Below, piece after piece: positions 1-7,686 of a stretch of 46,947 nucleotides of DNA. The stretch lies in the IMG/VR virus record IMGVR_UViG_3300046115_000130, positions 1-46,947 of that record. The stretch is one strand, 5' to 3'. Position 1 is the stretch's first letter, and each line of letters begins with the position of its first letter. Made by a program: the position numbers and the translations under genes. The notes below the pieces were generated by a model that worked only from the letters and a program-made list of their open reading frames with translations, did no database searches and was not told the origin of the DNA. This DNA comes from a virus. Taxonomy: Duplodnaviria; Caudoviricetes.

Positions 1-166
1 CGACCTGCACGGCGCCAACCTGCACGGCGCCGACCTGAGCGACGCCGACCTGCGCGACGCCGACCTGCACGGCGCCAACCTGCACGGCGCCGACCTGCGC
101 GACGCCGACCTGCGCGACGCCGACCTGCGCGACGCCGACCTGCGCGACGCCGACCTGCGCGACGCC
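1..166 (+). repeat. Same 15-bp minisatellite, about 11 units
   Basis: Directly visible. Confidence 0.95.
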
Positions 167-184
167 ATTGGATACACGCCATGA
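2..184 (+). CDS. Pentapeptide-repeat protein, 3' part
   Basis: Frame 2 reads [19 protein letters not shown]...[11 protein letters not shown] then TGA at 182-184; same repeat unit as the window end. Confidence 0.85.
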   Translation, partial: DLHGANLHGADLSDADLRDADLHGANLHGADLRDADLRDADLRDADLRDADLRDAIGYTP

Positions 185-327
185 ACACACACCTAGCCAT
201 TCATCTTCTTTCGGAGCTTGCCACGATCCTTGCGCGAACGGCGCGCGGGCGCCAGGGATTGCGCGACTTGCTCTCTCACACTACCCACCCAGCTACGCGA
301 GCCATCATTCTGGAAGCGTTGAAATGA
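181..327 (+). CDS. Small hypothetical protein (48 aa, [17 protein letters not shown]...)
   Basis: Below ORF-track cutoff; ATGA overlaps with both neighbours. Confidence 0.65.
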   Translation: MNTHLAIHLLSELATILARTARGRQGLRDLLSHTTHPATRAIILEALK

Positions 328-539
328 AATACATTGTAGTCATCAAGGGACAAGGCTCTCACACCATCGGATCCATCGGATCCATCGGATCCATCGGATC
401 CATCGGATCCATCGGGCCATTCACTGACCGAGAAATAGCGGAGGAAGCCCTTGCCTACGTTGCTGGAACAATCGGCGAGAAGGTAGGGAATTTCAACGTA
501 TCGGGAGCAGTGCTTGAAGAAATGGACGACGAACAATGA
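324..539 (+). CDS. Hypothetical early protein with IGS tripeptide repeat
   Basis: ATG 324 chosen over TTG 168 because of the ATGA overlap; MKYIVVIKG... Confidence 0.7.
   Translation: MKYIVVIKGQGSHTIGSIGSIGSIGSIGSIGPFTDREIAEEALAYVAGTIGEKVGNFNVSGAVLEEMDDEQ
364..415 (+). repeat. 9-bp tandem repeat CCATCGGAT x5 plus 7 bp
   Basis: Directly visible; in frame, encodes IGS repeats. Confidence 0.95.
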
Positions 540-808
540 AAGCCATATTCACGAAGTTCCTGCCAGCAACGAATTACAAAGGCGCGAGGATTGTCGCCCA
601 CGATATGGACGGGAACCGCAAGACCATCGGTTACGAATACGGGGTTTCCTCGGACGATGCACACGACCTTGCGGTAATCGCTCTGTGCGCAAAAATGAAG
701 TGGACCGGGAAACTTGTGCGCGGCGGGTGCAAGCACGGGAATGTCTACTTGTGGCTTGAAGGTAGCAAGCCGTCGCTTGTCATCATGCCAGAAAGAGTCA
801 AGGCATGA
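536..808 (+). CDS. Phage hypothetical protein (TKFLPATNYKGARI motif)
   Basis: ATGA coupling on both sides; motif resembles recurrent phage early hypotheticals. Confidence 0.75.
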   Translation: MKAIFTKFLPATNYKGARIVAHDMDGNRKTIGYEYGVSSDDAHDLAVIALCAKMKWTGKLVRGGCKHGNVYLWLEGSKPSLVIMPERVKA

Positions 809-954
809 GCGCTCCAAATGAATGGGATACGCGCACGTTCACATGCGTTGACTACGCAACGCTTGACGAAGCCAAGAGAGCGCAGGACCGGACAGATTCG
901 GCCGGCGTGATTACTTCACTCTCGATTCAACGTATGGAACTACGGCAATGGTAG
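805..954 (+). CDS. Small hypothetical protein (49 aa, MSAPNEWDTR...)
   Basis: ATGA overlap; read by hand. Confidence 0.55.
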   Translation: MSAPNEWDTRTFTCVDYATLDEAKRAQDRTDSAGVITSLSIQRMELRQW

Positions 955-961
955 TGGAACC

Positions 962-1117
962 ATGAAGAAGCCATCACTGACTCAGCGCATGAAGGACTTA
1001 GGCTTTGACAAGACAGAGCCAATACCTTTCAAGGAAGGCGTGCGTATTGGATGCTCGCAATGTGCAGCGCTCTGCATTAACGGAGTCCCAACACATGAGC
1101 GTGGTTGCCAGAACTAA
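962..1117 (+). CDS. Small Cys/His zinc-binding protein (51 aa, CSQCAALCINGVPTHERGC)
   Basis: Read by hand; GGAACC before ATG; CxxC...HxxGC ligand pattern. Confidence 0.75.
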   Translation: MKKPSLTQRMKDLGFDKTEPIPFKEGVRIGCSQCAALCINGVPTHERGCQN

Positions 1118-1192
1118 CCGCGGAGGGAATTCGGGGAAGATGGCTCGTGGGGCGGACGTTGACAGCTTGTCCACCCGACGCGCGCGCAGAGC

Positions 1193-1648
1193 CTAGGCTA
1201 GCGCCATCAGCAAGCAATCGCGCAGAAAGCCCCGCGTCCTTCGCAGCACCAACGAAACCCACGCGGGGCTTCTATTGAATCGCTTCGCTACCTCTTGCTT
1301 CGCGTAGCCGTTCGCAATCAACCACCACACGGAACGATCGCGCTTGCTCAATCGCGCCAAGGCTACGGCGACCGCTTCCGACCGATCCATTGCCCCCACC
1401 CAGTCCGGGCTATGAACTCCAAGGCCGCTGCGCAACGATACCGGCCGCTTCGCACTCCTTGTATTCCACTTGCGTATCTCGTCGATGATTACATACTCAA
1501 GCGGACGCTTGCTATCGGGATACATGAGCAACTCAGATAGCCCGATAGATACACAATCTTCAAACGTGAATGGACAACTAGGACGCCACACTCTCTTCGC
1601 GCAATAGACCGCAAGGGCGAGCGGGTTGCGACTTTTTCCATCCCTCAC
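1193..1648 (-). CDS. Sigma-70/ECF-like factor (region 4 HTH)
   Basis: C-terminal ALARLSKRDRSVWWLIANGYAKQEVAKRFNRSPAWVSLVLRR fits sigma region 4; IIDEIRK resembles the end of region 2. Confidence 0.75.
   Translation of the reverse strand: MRDGKSRNPLALAVYCAKRVWRPSCPFTFEDCVSIGLSELLMYPDSKRPLEYVIIDEIRKWNTRSAKRPVSLRSGLGVHSPDWVGAMDRSEAVAVALARLSKRDRSVWWLIANGYAKQEVAKRFNRSPAWVSLVLRRTRGFLRDCLLMALA
1227..1275 (+). terminator. Possible terminator hairpin where early transcription meets the convergent sigma-like gene
   Basis: 11-bp inverted repeat AAGCCCCGCGT (1227-1237) / ACGCGGGGCTT (1261-1271); weak T tail. Confidence 0.35.
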
Positions 1649-2142
1649 GGCGTGAACGCGACAACGTTGGTGACGGCCAGCGGGAACGTCCAGTCAACCA
1701 GGATCGGTGAGAACGCTTGCGCGCGCAGTTCGAAACCGCGCAGTTCATCGGGCACGTTCTCCACACGTTTCCAAGGATTGCCGAACGAGCGCAACCCCGT
1801 TTCCAGCATGAGGAACGGGGCGCCGACCAAGAGATTTCCACAAGCCAAGTCGGGCGATGGGATGTTGTCCACCCAGGGGGAAAGGACCAAGATCATCGGT
1901 TCAGTCTGGGGGCGCTGGAGCCCGGCGCCCGGGTCCATCCGCCACCGGAACCACCCGCGGTCTTGCTCGACGACCAGAACCGAGGGTGAGCACGGCACCC
2001 ACTCCTGGGCCACCGCGCGCGCGCTCACCCGCCCGAGCGGGGGCAGCGCTTCCATCAGGACCGCAAGCGAATTGACCGGGGGCCGGGTGCGGCTCTGACA
2101 GCCACCCAGCACCACCACAAAGAGAAAGGCTAGGCGCAACAT
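1645..2142 (-). CDS. Predicted lipoprotein
   Basis: Signal peptide MLRLAFLFVVVLGG-C (lipobox-like); GTGA overlap with the downstream gene. Confidence 0.7.
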   Translation of the reverse strand: MLRLAFLFVVVLGGCQSRTRPPVNSLAVLMEALPPLGRVSARAVAQEWVPCSPSVLVVEQDRGWFRWRMDPGAGLQRPQTEPMILVLSPWVDNIPSPDLACGNLLVGAPFLMLETGLRSFGNPWKRVENVPDELRGFELRAQAFSPILVDWTFPLAVTNVVAFTP

Positions 2143-2203
2143 GCACCTAGCCTATCCCCAGGACCACGCTCCCCCGACGGCGAAGTAGGGGAATCGCGGT
2201 CCG

Positions 2204-2476
2204 TTACAACCTCTTCAGCGCTCGTCGTCCGTCCATCGTCAGATGGTATACAGACCAGGACTTTCGCGTTGTGCTCTTGGAAACCGCTACCAAGTTCTTC
2301 CGAACAAGCGCCGCAATCACTCCGTAGAACGTTGGCCCATAGAATGAGCCATCGACTGCTTGCACCTGGAACCACAAGGAATGAGAATCCGATTCTCCTT
2401 TCATCGTGGCTAGCACCTTCAAGACCAGCGCTTGGCGAACAAGGCGCTTGAATTTGAGATCAAGTATCGCAGTCAT
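2204..2476 (-). CDS. PadR-like winged-helix regulator (90 aa)
   Basis: ATG 2476 overlaps the upstream TGA; LVLKVL...GPTFYGVIAALVRKNLV...VYHLTMDGRRAL matches the PadR pattern. Confidence 0.8.
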   Translation of the reverse strand: MTAILDLKFKRLVRQALVLKVLATMKGESDSHSLWFQVQAVDGSFYGPTFYGVIAALVRKNLVAVSKSTTRKSWSVYHLTMDGRRALKRL

Positions 2477-3627
2477 TGGCATTCCTGCAACATCTCGCCC
2501 GCCCACGATTCGATGTCGAGCCGCTCTCCCGCGTGCGGAAGTTCTTGTGCGGCCCGAGTGATCCCGCACACCACGCCCCAGTAGCTTGAGCGATCGGTTC
2601 CGTGGATCTCCTCGCGATGCTCCGCGTGGGTGTCCGATGCATCGATCAAGTGGACTGGGAAACCCTTGGCCCGCAGTTTCCGCTCCCGCTCGTCGGGCTT
2701 GTTCCGATCGTAGAACGGAGTCTTGCTTGCCATGAGAATCTTGTCGAGTTCTTCTTCGGGCTGGACTGCGGCCCACGTCTCAAGAATTCTCTCGATTTCC
2801 AGGACGCCACGGTCGACGCTCTTCTTTCCGATGTGGCGGAATGCAACGGTTTGAATCTTCTCGCTTGCGCCCCAAATAATGTGGTTGGCACAGATGGAAT
2901 CGAACGCGAAGAACCACGCGAAGCACTTCCGCTCCCCCGTCTCTGAGTTCCCGATGATGGTCCCTCGGTAGAGAAGTTGGTCCCCGCCATCCGGGCCGGG
3001 AAGCGGGGTGGGGTTGACCATAAACGCGAACGTGTTCCGATCGGATGAGTAGATACCACTCCGCTCGCGCACGCCCGCACTCCACTGCCCACCCTGGCCG
3101 GCCCCGCCGTCTGCACTCCCGCGGCCAGCGATGGTCCCGGCCGGCTTGAGAATGTCTCCCACCGTGCGCTTCACGCGGGAGAACAGGTCGGTATCCCACA
3201 CGCGTTCGTAGCGGGGTGTGAGGATCGCCCGGATTTCCGGCTGCCCGCCGAATGGCGGTTCAGTGATGAGAGCGCGCACCATCGGCGCTTCCTTCTCCTC
3301 ACCCGCGCGCCGCGCCTGCCGCTCGCGCAAGACCCGTTGAATCGTGTCCGGATTCAACTGGCGCACGAAGTCTGCAGGCGCAGAGAGGCGGGCGCACAAC
3401 TGCGAGAATGCCCAGGGAGTGAGTGGATATCCGGCGAAGCGGATGGGCGAAGTCTCTCCGGCTTCTCGGATTGTTGCGCCGCACAAGTCAAGTTCCTTCA
3501 CTTCGGAACGATCGCGGCGGCGCTTCGTTTCGGAAATCAGGTTGTCCAAGTCGCAGAACTCTTCGTCCGCGGGACGGTTGAAGTATTCGCGGGAAGCCGC
3601 GTGAGAATCGAACGTGGTGGTTGTCAT
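2473..3627 (-). CDS. DUF932/DUF945-like phage/plasmid protein
   Basis: SREYFNRPADEEF N-terminus; LTPWAFSQLC, IRAILTPRYERVWD, IIGNSETG and ICANHIIWG motifs; start placed at MTTTTFDS (3648 also possible). Confidence 0.75.
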   Translation of the reverse strand: MTTTTFDSHAASREYFNRPADEEFCDLDNLISETKRRRDRSEVKELDLCGATIREAGETSPIRFAGYPLTPWAFSQLCARLSAPADFVRQLNPDTIQRVLRERQARRAGEEKEAPMVRALITEPPFGGQPEIRAILTPRYERVWDTDLFSRVKRTVGDILKPAGTIAGRGSADGGAGQGGQWSAGVRERSGIYSSDRNTFAFMVNPTPLPGPDGGDQLLYRGTIIGNSETGERKCFAWFFAFDSICANHIIWGASEKIQTVAFRHIGKKSVDRGVLEIERILETWAAVQPEEELDKILMASKTPFYDRNKPDERERKLRAKGFPVHLIDASDTHAEHREEIHGTDRSSYWGVVCGITRAAQELPHAGERLDIESWAGEMLQECQ

Positions 3628-3654
3628 GGTTCCGGAAGCATACCACATGATTTC

Positions 3655-3694
3655 AAAAAAGTAGGGCGGACCAAGTTTTTTTGGCCCGCCCTAC
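3655..3694 (-). terminator. Intrinsic terminator on the minus strand upstream of the DUF932-like gene
   Basis: 14-bp stem 3661-3674/3681-3694 (one G-U on the minus strand) immediately followed by U6. Confidence 0.8.
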
Positions 3695-3801
3695 AGCCAC
3701 CCTCTGCTACACACCGCCCGGAAGAAGCGGGGAGCAGCGTTCACTTCTCATCTCCCAGAACGTGCGGACCGTGGTTCCATGCCACCACGGCGGCACAAGA
3801 A
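3655..3801 (-). ncRNA. Putative ~145-nt structured small RNA or attenuator leader
   Basis: Bracketed by a sigma70-like promoter and an intrinsic terminator; internal stems CCGUGGU/ACCACGG, CGUUC/GAACG, CUGCU/AGCAG. Confidence 0.5.
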
Positions 3802-3807
3802 GATGGA

Positions 3808-3836
3808 AGCTTGCAGCCATCACAAGTTTTTGTCAA
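3808..3836 (-). promoter_or_regulatory. Leftward sigma70-like promoter
   Basis: TTGACA (3836-3831), 17 nt, CAAGCT (3813-3808). Confidence 0.6.
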
Positions 3837-3842
3837 GGGGGG

Positions 3843-3871
3843 TTGACGTTTTTTGTGGCTTCTGGTATCCA
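3843..3871 (+). promoter_or_regulatory. Rightward sigma70-like promoter
   Basis: TTGACG, 17 nt, TATCCA with TGn extension; back to back with the leftward -35 across G6. Confidence 0.65.
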
Positions 3872-3950
3872 GGGCTCTCGTTCCGCCACCCACCGACCGC
3901 GGACACCTTCGCCCGTTGCCCGGGTGGTTCACTCAAGTTCTCGGTGCTTC

Positions 3951-4361
3951 ATGCTTCGATTGCTTGCGTTCTTTCTCCTCTGTCTCTGTGCTCGCGCACA
4001 GGAAGCCATTCCTCTCTCCTCGGTCGTCGCTTTCGTGCCCAACGCCGACGGCTACTGGACGCTGGTGACGACCCACCCAGCCCCGCCTTCAACCGCGACC
4101 GCGCCCCTGACTGAGTTCTGGGTGGACACCCAAGCTGGGCTAGTGTGGGTAGGGACCGCGGGATCAGCGATGGCCCTGGCTCAACAGGGAAGCCGGCCGG
4201 CCCCACCGCAGAACATCCTGGAGGCAACCTGGGTGTGTCAGGACGGAACCCAGCAGCGGGTAGTGACCCCTTGCTCTTTGTTCCAGGATCTCTACTCTTG
4301 CGTTTTCCGGCACCGAGAGATGGTGCTGATGATGCAGGGATTCTTTCCTCCCAGGACATGA
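3951..4361 (+). CDS. Predicted secreted protein (136 aa)
   Basis: ATG 3951 gives signal peptide MLRLLAFFLLCLCARA-Q; lies just downstream of the promoter. Confidence 0.7.
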   Translation: MLRLLAFFLLCLCARAQEAIPLSSVVAFVPNADGYWTLVTTHPAPPSTATAPLTEFWVDTQAGLVWVGTAGSAMALAQQGSRPAPPQNILEATWVCQDGTQQRVVTPCSLFQDLYSCVFRHREMVLMMQGFFPPRT

Positions 4362-4366
4362 CATCT

Positions 4367-4470
4367 TGTGGGCGCCCCCGCAAGCGCAGCAACTTCCTGA
4401 CGCTCCGCAGCGTTAGGTCCTCCTCTCCTGTAGTGGTTGCTGTTGCTCCCGGGGCGCCCACATTTTATTT
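4367..4470 (+). promoter_or_regulatory. Structured leader or terminator before the SNF2 gene
   Basis: 12-bp perfect outer stem 4367-4378/4451-4462, nested stems with G-U pairs on the plus strand, then TTTTATTT. Confidence 0.6.
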
Positions 4471-4472
4471 CC

Positions 4473-6176
4473 ATGATTGACTACCTCGTTGCTGAGCATT
4501 GTTTCACTTGCGACGCCCCACGCTTTGCTTCTTCGTTCCTGGAGAAACTTCCAGGAGTCAAGTGGAACAAGGGAATCGCATACATTCCTGCGTCCATCTA
4601 CAACGCGCAAGTTCTGAGCAAGGAAATCGCTCCTGGAGGGTGGAGTGGTCCAGCCAGTTCTATGTGCGATGCGCTCCTGTGCGATGCGCAGAAGATCTAC
4701 ATGGCGGTGCATGGGAATTCACTGCCGCTAAACCACGAAAATCTGCCTTCTCCGTTTCCTCTCTTTGCTCACCAAGTCCAAGCAGTCTTCGGGCTTGCCT
4801 CAATGGAGCATCGTGGCATCCTGGCAGATGAAATGGGCCTTGGGAAAACCCAGGTTGCCATCACCTGTTATCGATGCTGCGTGGAACAACCATTGCTCGT
4901 TGTGTGCCCAGCAAGCATCAAGTGGAAGTGGCAGAATGATCTCAAGGCTAACGGGATTGAGAGCTTCGTTGTCGATAGTGGATCAAGCTATACCGACAAC
5001 GATAGATCGGTTCACACTGCTGCACGCATCGTCAACTACGACCTTCTCTCTCGCCGCCCAGAACTTGTGCTAGATCTAGCCAAGTTCGTGAAGGGCGGCT
5101 TCCTCATTCTGGACGAATCCCACTATGTCAAAGATTCGGGCAGCAAGCGGACGAAAGCGTGCCAGAAATTCAAAGCGAGACACACCATACTCCTCACTGG
5201 GACTCCCATTCGAAATACAATCGTCGATCTATTTTCTCAAGTCTCTCTTGTTCGACCTGGGATATGGAGGAACAGGTGGGAGTTCGAAGACCGATATCAA
5301 ATTCGGAAGGAAATGTTTGTTGGACCTCGCAAATTCCTTAAGCCTGTTGGAACCAGAAACGAAGCCGAACTTGCATCGATCCTTGAAACCATCCAAATCC
5401 GCAGGCTCAAAAAAGACGTGATGAATCTTCCGGACAAGGTTCACTCCGTCATTCCTCTGGACTTCGACAAGAGAAGCAGGGAAGTCTACGAGAAGATGGC
5501 GAAGAAGTGGCTCTACGATTTCTCGGACCTGGGTGGAGAGATGCCGATACTCGACAATCGAGCCAAGACCGCGATGGAAGCCGCGATGCGCCTGGAACAA
5601 ATTTGCCAGGGCTTCCTTTCTCCCGTCCCTCTGACCCTGACCGACAAGCTAGCTCTGTCCGCACCCAGCCCGCACGAAGTCATCGCTGGGGGGTGGATAT
5701 TCCGTGAGAACCCGAAGTTTGCGTGGCTGGAAGAGCTACTTGAGAACCTGGAGAAGAAGAAGGTCGTGGCGTTCTTCCGGTTCAATGCGAGCCTGGAAGC
5801 AGCATGGGGAAGATTCGCGGACCACTCTCCATTGCAGATGATTGGCGATACGCCAGTCTCGGAGCGAGGCAATCGGATCACCAAATTCCAGACGGATGAT
5901 ACTCGCCTGTTCTTGATTCAAGTCAAGATCGCCGAAGGTTTCGACCTGACGGCTGCCCAGGACGTTGTGTTATGGGGGCGTGACTGGAGCCCCGCCGTGA
6001 ATTCGCAAGCAGAGGATCGAGTTCACCGCATTGGCCAGACTGGAACAGTGAATGTCTACCTTCCGATCATCAAAGACTCGATTGAAGAGAAACTTCACGA
6101 GCGTCTTTGTGAGAAGGAAGGAGTGGCGAAGATGGTTCTTGGCGATTTCAGAAAAGCAATTGAGGCGACGGTATGA
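4473..6176 (+). CDS. SNF2-family (SF2) helicase
   Basis: ILADEMGLGKT, VVCPAS, ILDESH, LLTGTP, EGFDLT, QAEDRVHRIGQ motifs. Confidence 0.95.
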   Translation: MIDYLVAEHCFTCDAPRFASSFLEKLPGVKWNKGIAYIPASIYNAQVLSKEIAPGGWSGPASSMCDALLCDAQKIYMAVHGNSLPLNHENLPSPFPLFAHQVQAVFGLASMEHRGILADEMGLGKTQVAITCYRCCVEQPLLVVCPASIKWKWQNDLKANGIESFVVDSGSSYTDNDRSVHTAARIVNYDLLSRRPELVLDLAKFVKGGFLILDESHYVKDSGSKRTKACQKFKARHTILLTGTPIRNTIVDLFSQVSLVRPGIWRNRWEFEDRYQIRKEMFVGPRKFLKPVGTRNEAELASILETIQIRRLKKDVMNLPDKVHSVIPLDFDKRSREVYEKMAKKWLYDFSDLGGEMPILDNRAKTAMEAAMRLEQICQGFLSPVPLTLTDKLALSAPSPHEVIAGGWIFRENPKFAWLEELLENLEKKKVVAFFRFNASLEAAWGRFADHSPLQMIGDTPVSERGNRITKFQTDDTRLFLIQVKIAEGFDLTAAQDVVLWGRDWSPAVNSQAEDRVHRIGQTGTVNVYLPIIKDSIEEKLHERLCEKEGVAKMVLGDFRKAIEATV

Positions 6177-6406
6177 GCGAAACAATAGAAGTGAAGCTGT
6201 TCGAATTGAGGGACAAGGGAACGTTCATCCCGCTTATGTGCGTGAAGGTTCCAGGTGGAAGAATGTTCTGTTTCCCCACTCGAATGCGTCATAGTGGCAT
6301 CTCCTTCAATGCACATCAATTCATAGAGAAGAATTGGAATGAACTTCCAAATGGAGCCTTGATTGATGTGCGACATAATTCTTGGAGAAACAGACTCTCC
6401 ATGTGA
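6173..6406 (+). CDS. Hypothetical phage protein
   Basis: ATGA overlap; ELRDKGTFIP motif. Confidence 0.7.
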   Translation: MSETIEVKLFELRDKGTFIPLMCVKVPGGRMFCFPTRMRHSGISFNAHQFIEKNWNELPNGALIDVRHNSWRNRLSM

Positions 6407-6418
6407 AACGGAGATGTA

Positions 6419-6859
6419 ATGACAACCATTCAACAACTTCGCGAGGAATACATCCGCATTCGCGCACTGAAGGATGGGCTTGCGGATGCAGTCAAGGAGA
6501 ACAACGCGCAGCTTGCGAAAGCGGAGCGAGCCTTGATTGAAGGGATGATGGAAGCGGAGATCACTAGCCAGAAGACGCAATGCGGCGCCACGTTCGCTGT
6601 CACCCCAAGGCTGCATTTCAGCCTGACTCTTGGCAACACCGAGGAAGTTCTCGGTTGGCTACAGCGCGAGGGTTACGAGCCCGCTGATCTAGTCAGGCAA
6701 GAACTCATCCCAACTCGCGTGCGAGAGATCGTCCGCGACATCTACAACAAAAAGGGCAAGATGCATGTCCCGGAATGCCTCAGGCTCGACGACTCCCCGG
6801 GAATCACTGTGACAAATTGGGAAGCAGCGAAAGCGGCTCCCTCAGCGCAGGAAGACTAG
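6419..6859 (+). CDS. Coiled-coil phage protein of the replication module
   Basis: GGAG RBS; N-terminal coiled coil; typical position before SSB. Confidence 0.75.
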   Translation: MTTIQQLREEYIRIRALKDGLADAVKENNAQLAKAERALIEGMMEAEITSQKTQCGATFAVTPRLHFSLTLGNTEEVLGWLQREGYEPADLVRQELIPTRVREIVRDIYNKKGKMHVPECLRLDDSPGITVTNWEAAKAAPSAQED

Positions 6860-6861
6860 CT

Positions 6862-7590
6862 ATGTCACCTGAACAAAAGTTCCCTCTCATGCCAGTTCCG
6901 CAAGACAACGCACTGCAGAAGTCGGAGGCATACGTAGACGATACGATGGTGGAAGCCACCGATCTCTACGTTCCAACGCTTAAAGTCCTGCAGGGAATGT
7001 CGGACGAAGTGAAAGCCGGCAAGGCAATGCCTGGGAAGTTCTGGAATCCATACACGAACAAGGCCCTGGAAAGCCCACAACACGTAGTGATCGTCTTCCA
7101 TCAGAAGACTCGCGCGATGATGGAATCTGGGCCGATGGATGCAGAGAAGCGTGAGCGCTGCATGTCCTTCGATCTCGTGAACGGAACCGTTTACGGTGAC
7201 TGCGAATCGTGCCAATACGCACAATGGAACAAGAAGACTCCACCGCTCTGCAGCATGTCACACGTCTTCATTGCTGCCACCCAGGACGGACCGCTAGCAG
7301 TTCGCTTCCGGAAAGCGAGCGAGAAGGATGCACGCCAGTTTCTCACAAGCAAGCAATCACAGCATGTGAACTGGTGGCAATACACGACGGTCGTGGAGAT
7401 CAAGAAGCGGGTGGGGATCGACGCGACCGGCCGTCCGGCGGAATACTACGCGCCCGCGATCGCGTGGGACAAGACCCTGCCCGTGAGCGAGGAACTGCGC
7501 ACCCAGGCCCGAGCCTTCAACGAGATGCTGCAGGCCGCGCAAGCCGCTGGCAAGCTGAAGCAGGACGCGGTAGAAGAGGGCGAAGCCTAA
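6862..7590 (+). CDS. Putative phage ssDNA-binding protein
   Basis: DLYVPTLKVLQGMSDEV motif, C...CxxC...C cluster, acidic tail (DAVEEGEA), between helicase and primase. Confidence 0.6.
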   Translation: MSPEQKFPLMPVPQDNALQKSEAYVDDTMVEATDLYVPTLKVLQGMSDEVKAGKAMPGKFWNPYTNKALESPQHVVIVFHQKTRAMMESGPMDAEKRERCMSFDLVNGTVYGDCESCQYAQWNKKTPPLCSMSHVFIAATQDGPLAVRFRKASEKDARQFLTSKQSQHVNWWQYTTVVEIKKRVGIDATGRPAEYYAPAIAWDKTLPVSEELRTQARAFNEMLQAAQAAGKLKQDAVEEGEA

Positions 7591-7686
7591 CGCCCCGGCC
7601 AGGGCCACGGCACTGGCTCTGTGGCCCCGAGGAGCCGACAGCGGTGGATCGGGGCGACCTTCCTTGCCCACCGTCCGGAGGAGTCA

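Noticed and set aside
1-166. CRISPR array or exact terminal redundancy
   Set aside because: Units are contiguous with no spacers; 1-67 matches 46745-46811 internally but not the very end, so the join cannot be fixed
168-323. TTG-start extension of the 324-539 gene
   Set aside because: Overlaps a better-coupled 181-327 ORF and the end of the pentapeptide gene
2477-2776. N-terminal 100 aa of the 190-aa ORF in the track
   Set aside because: Lies inside the DUF932-like gene; the PadR-like domain starts at 2476
3681-3950. Upstream extension of the 226-aa ORF
   Set aside because: Spans promoters and the RNA element; signal peptide begins at 3951
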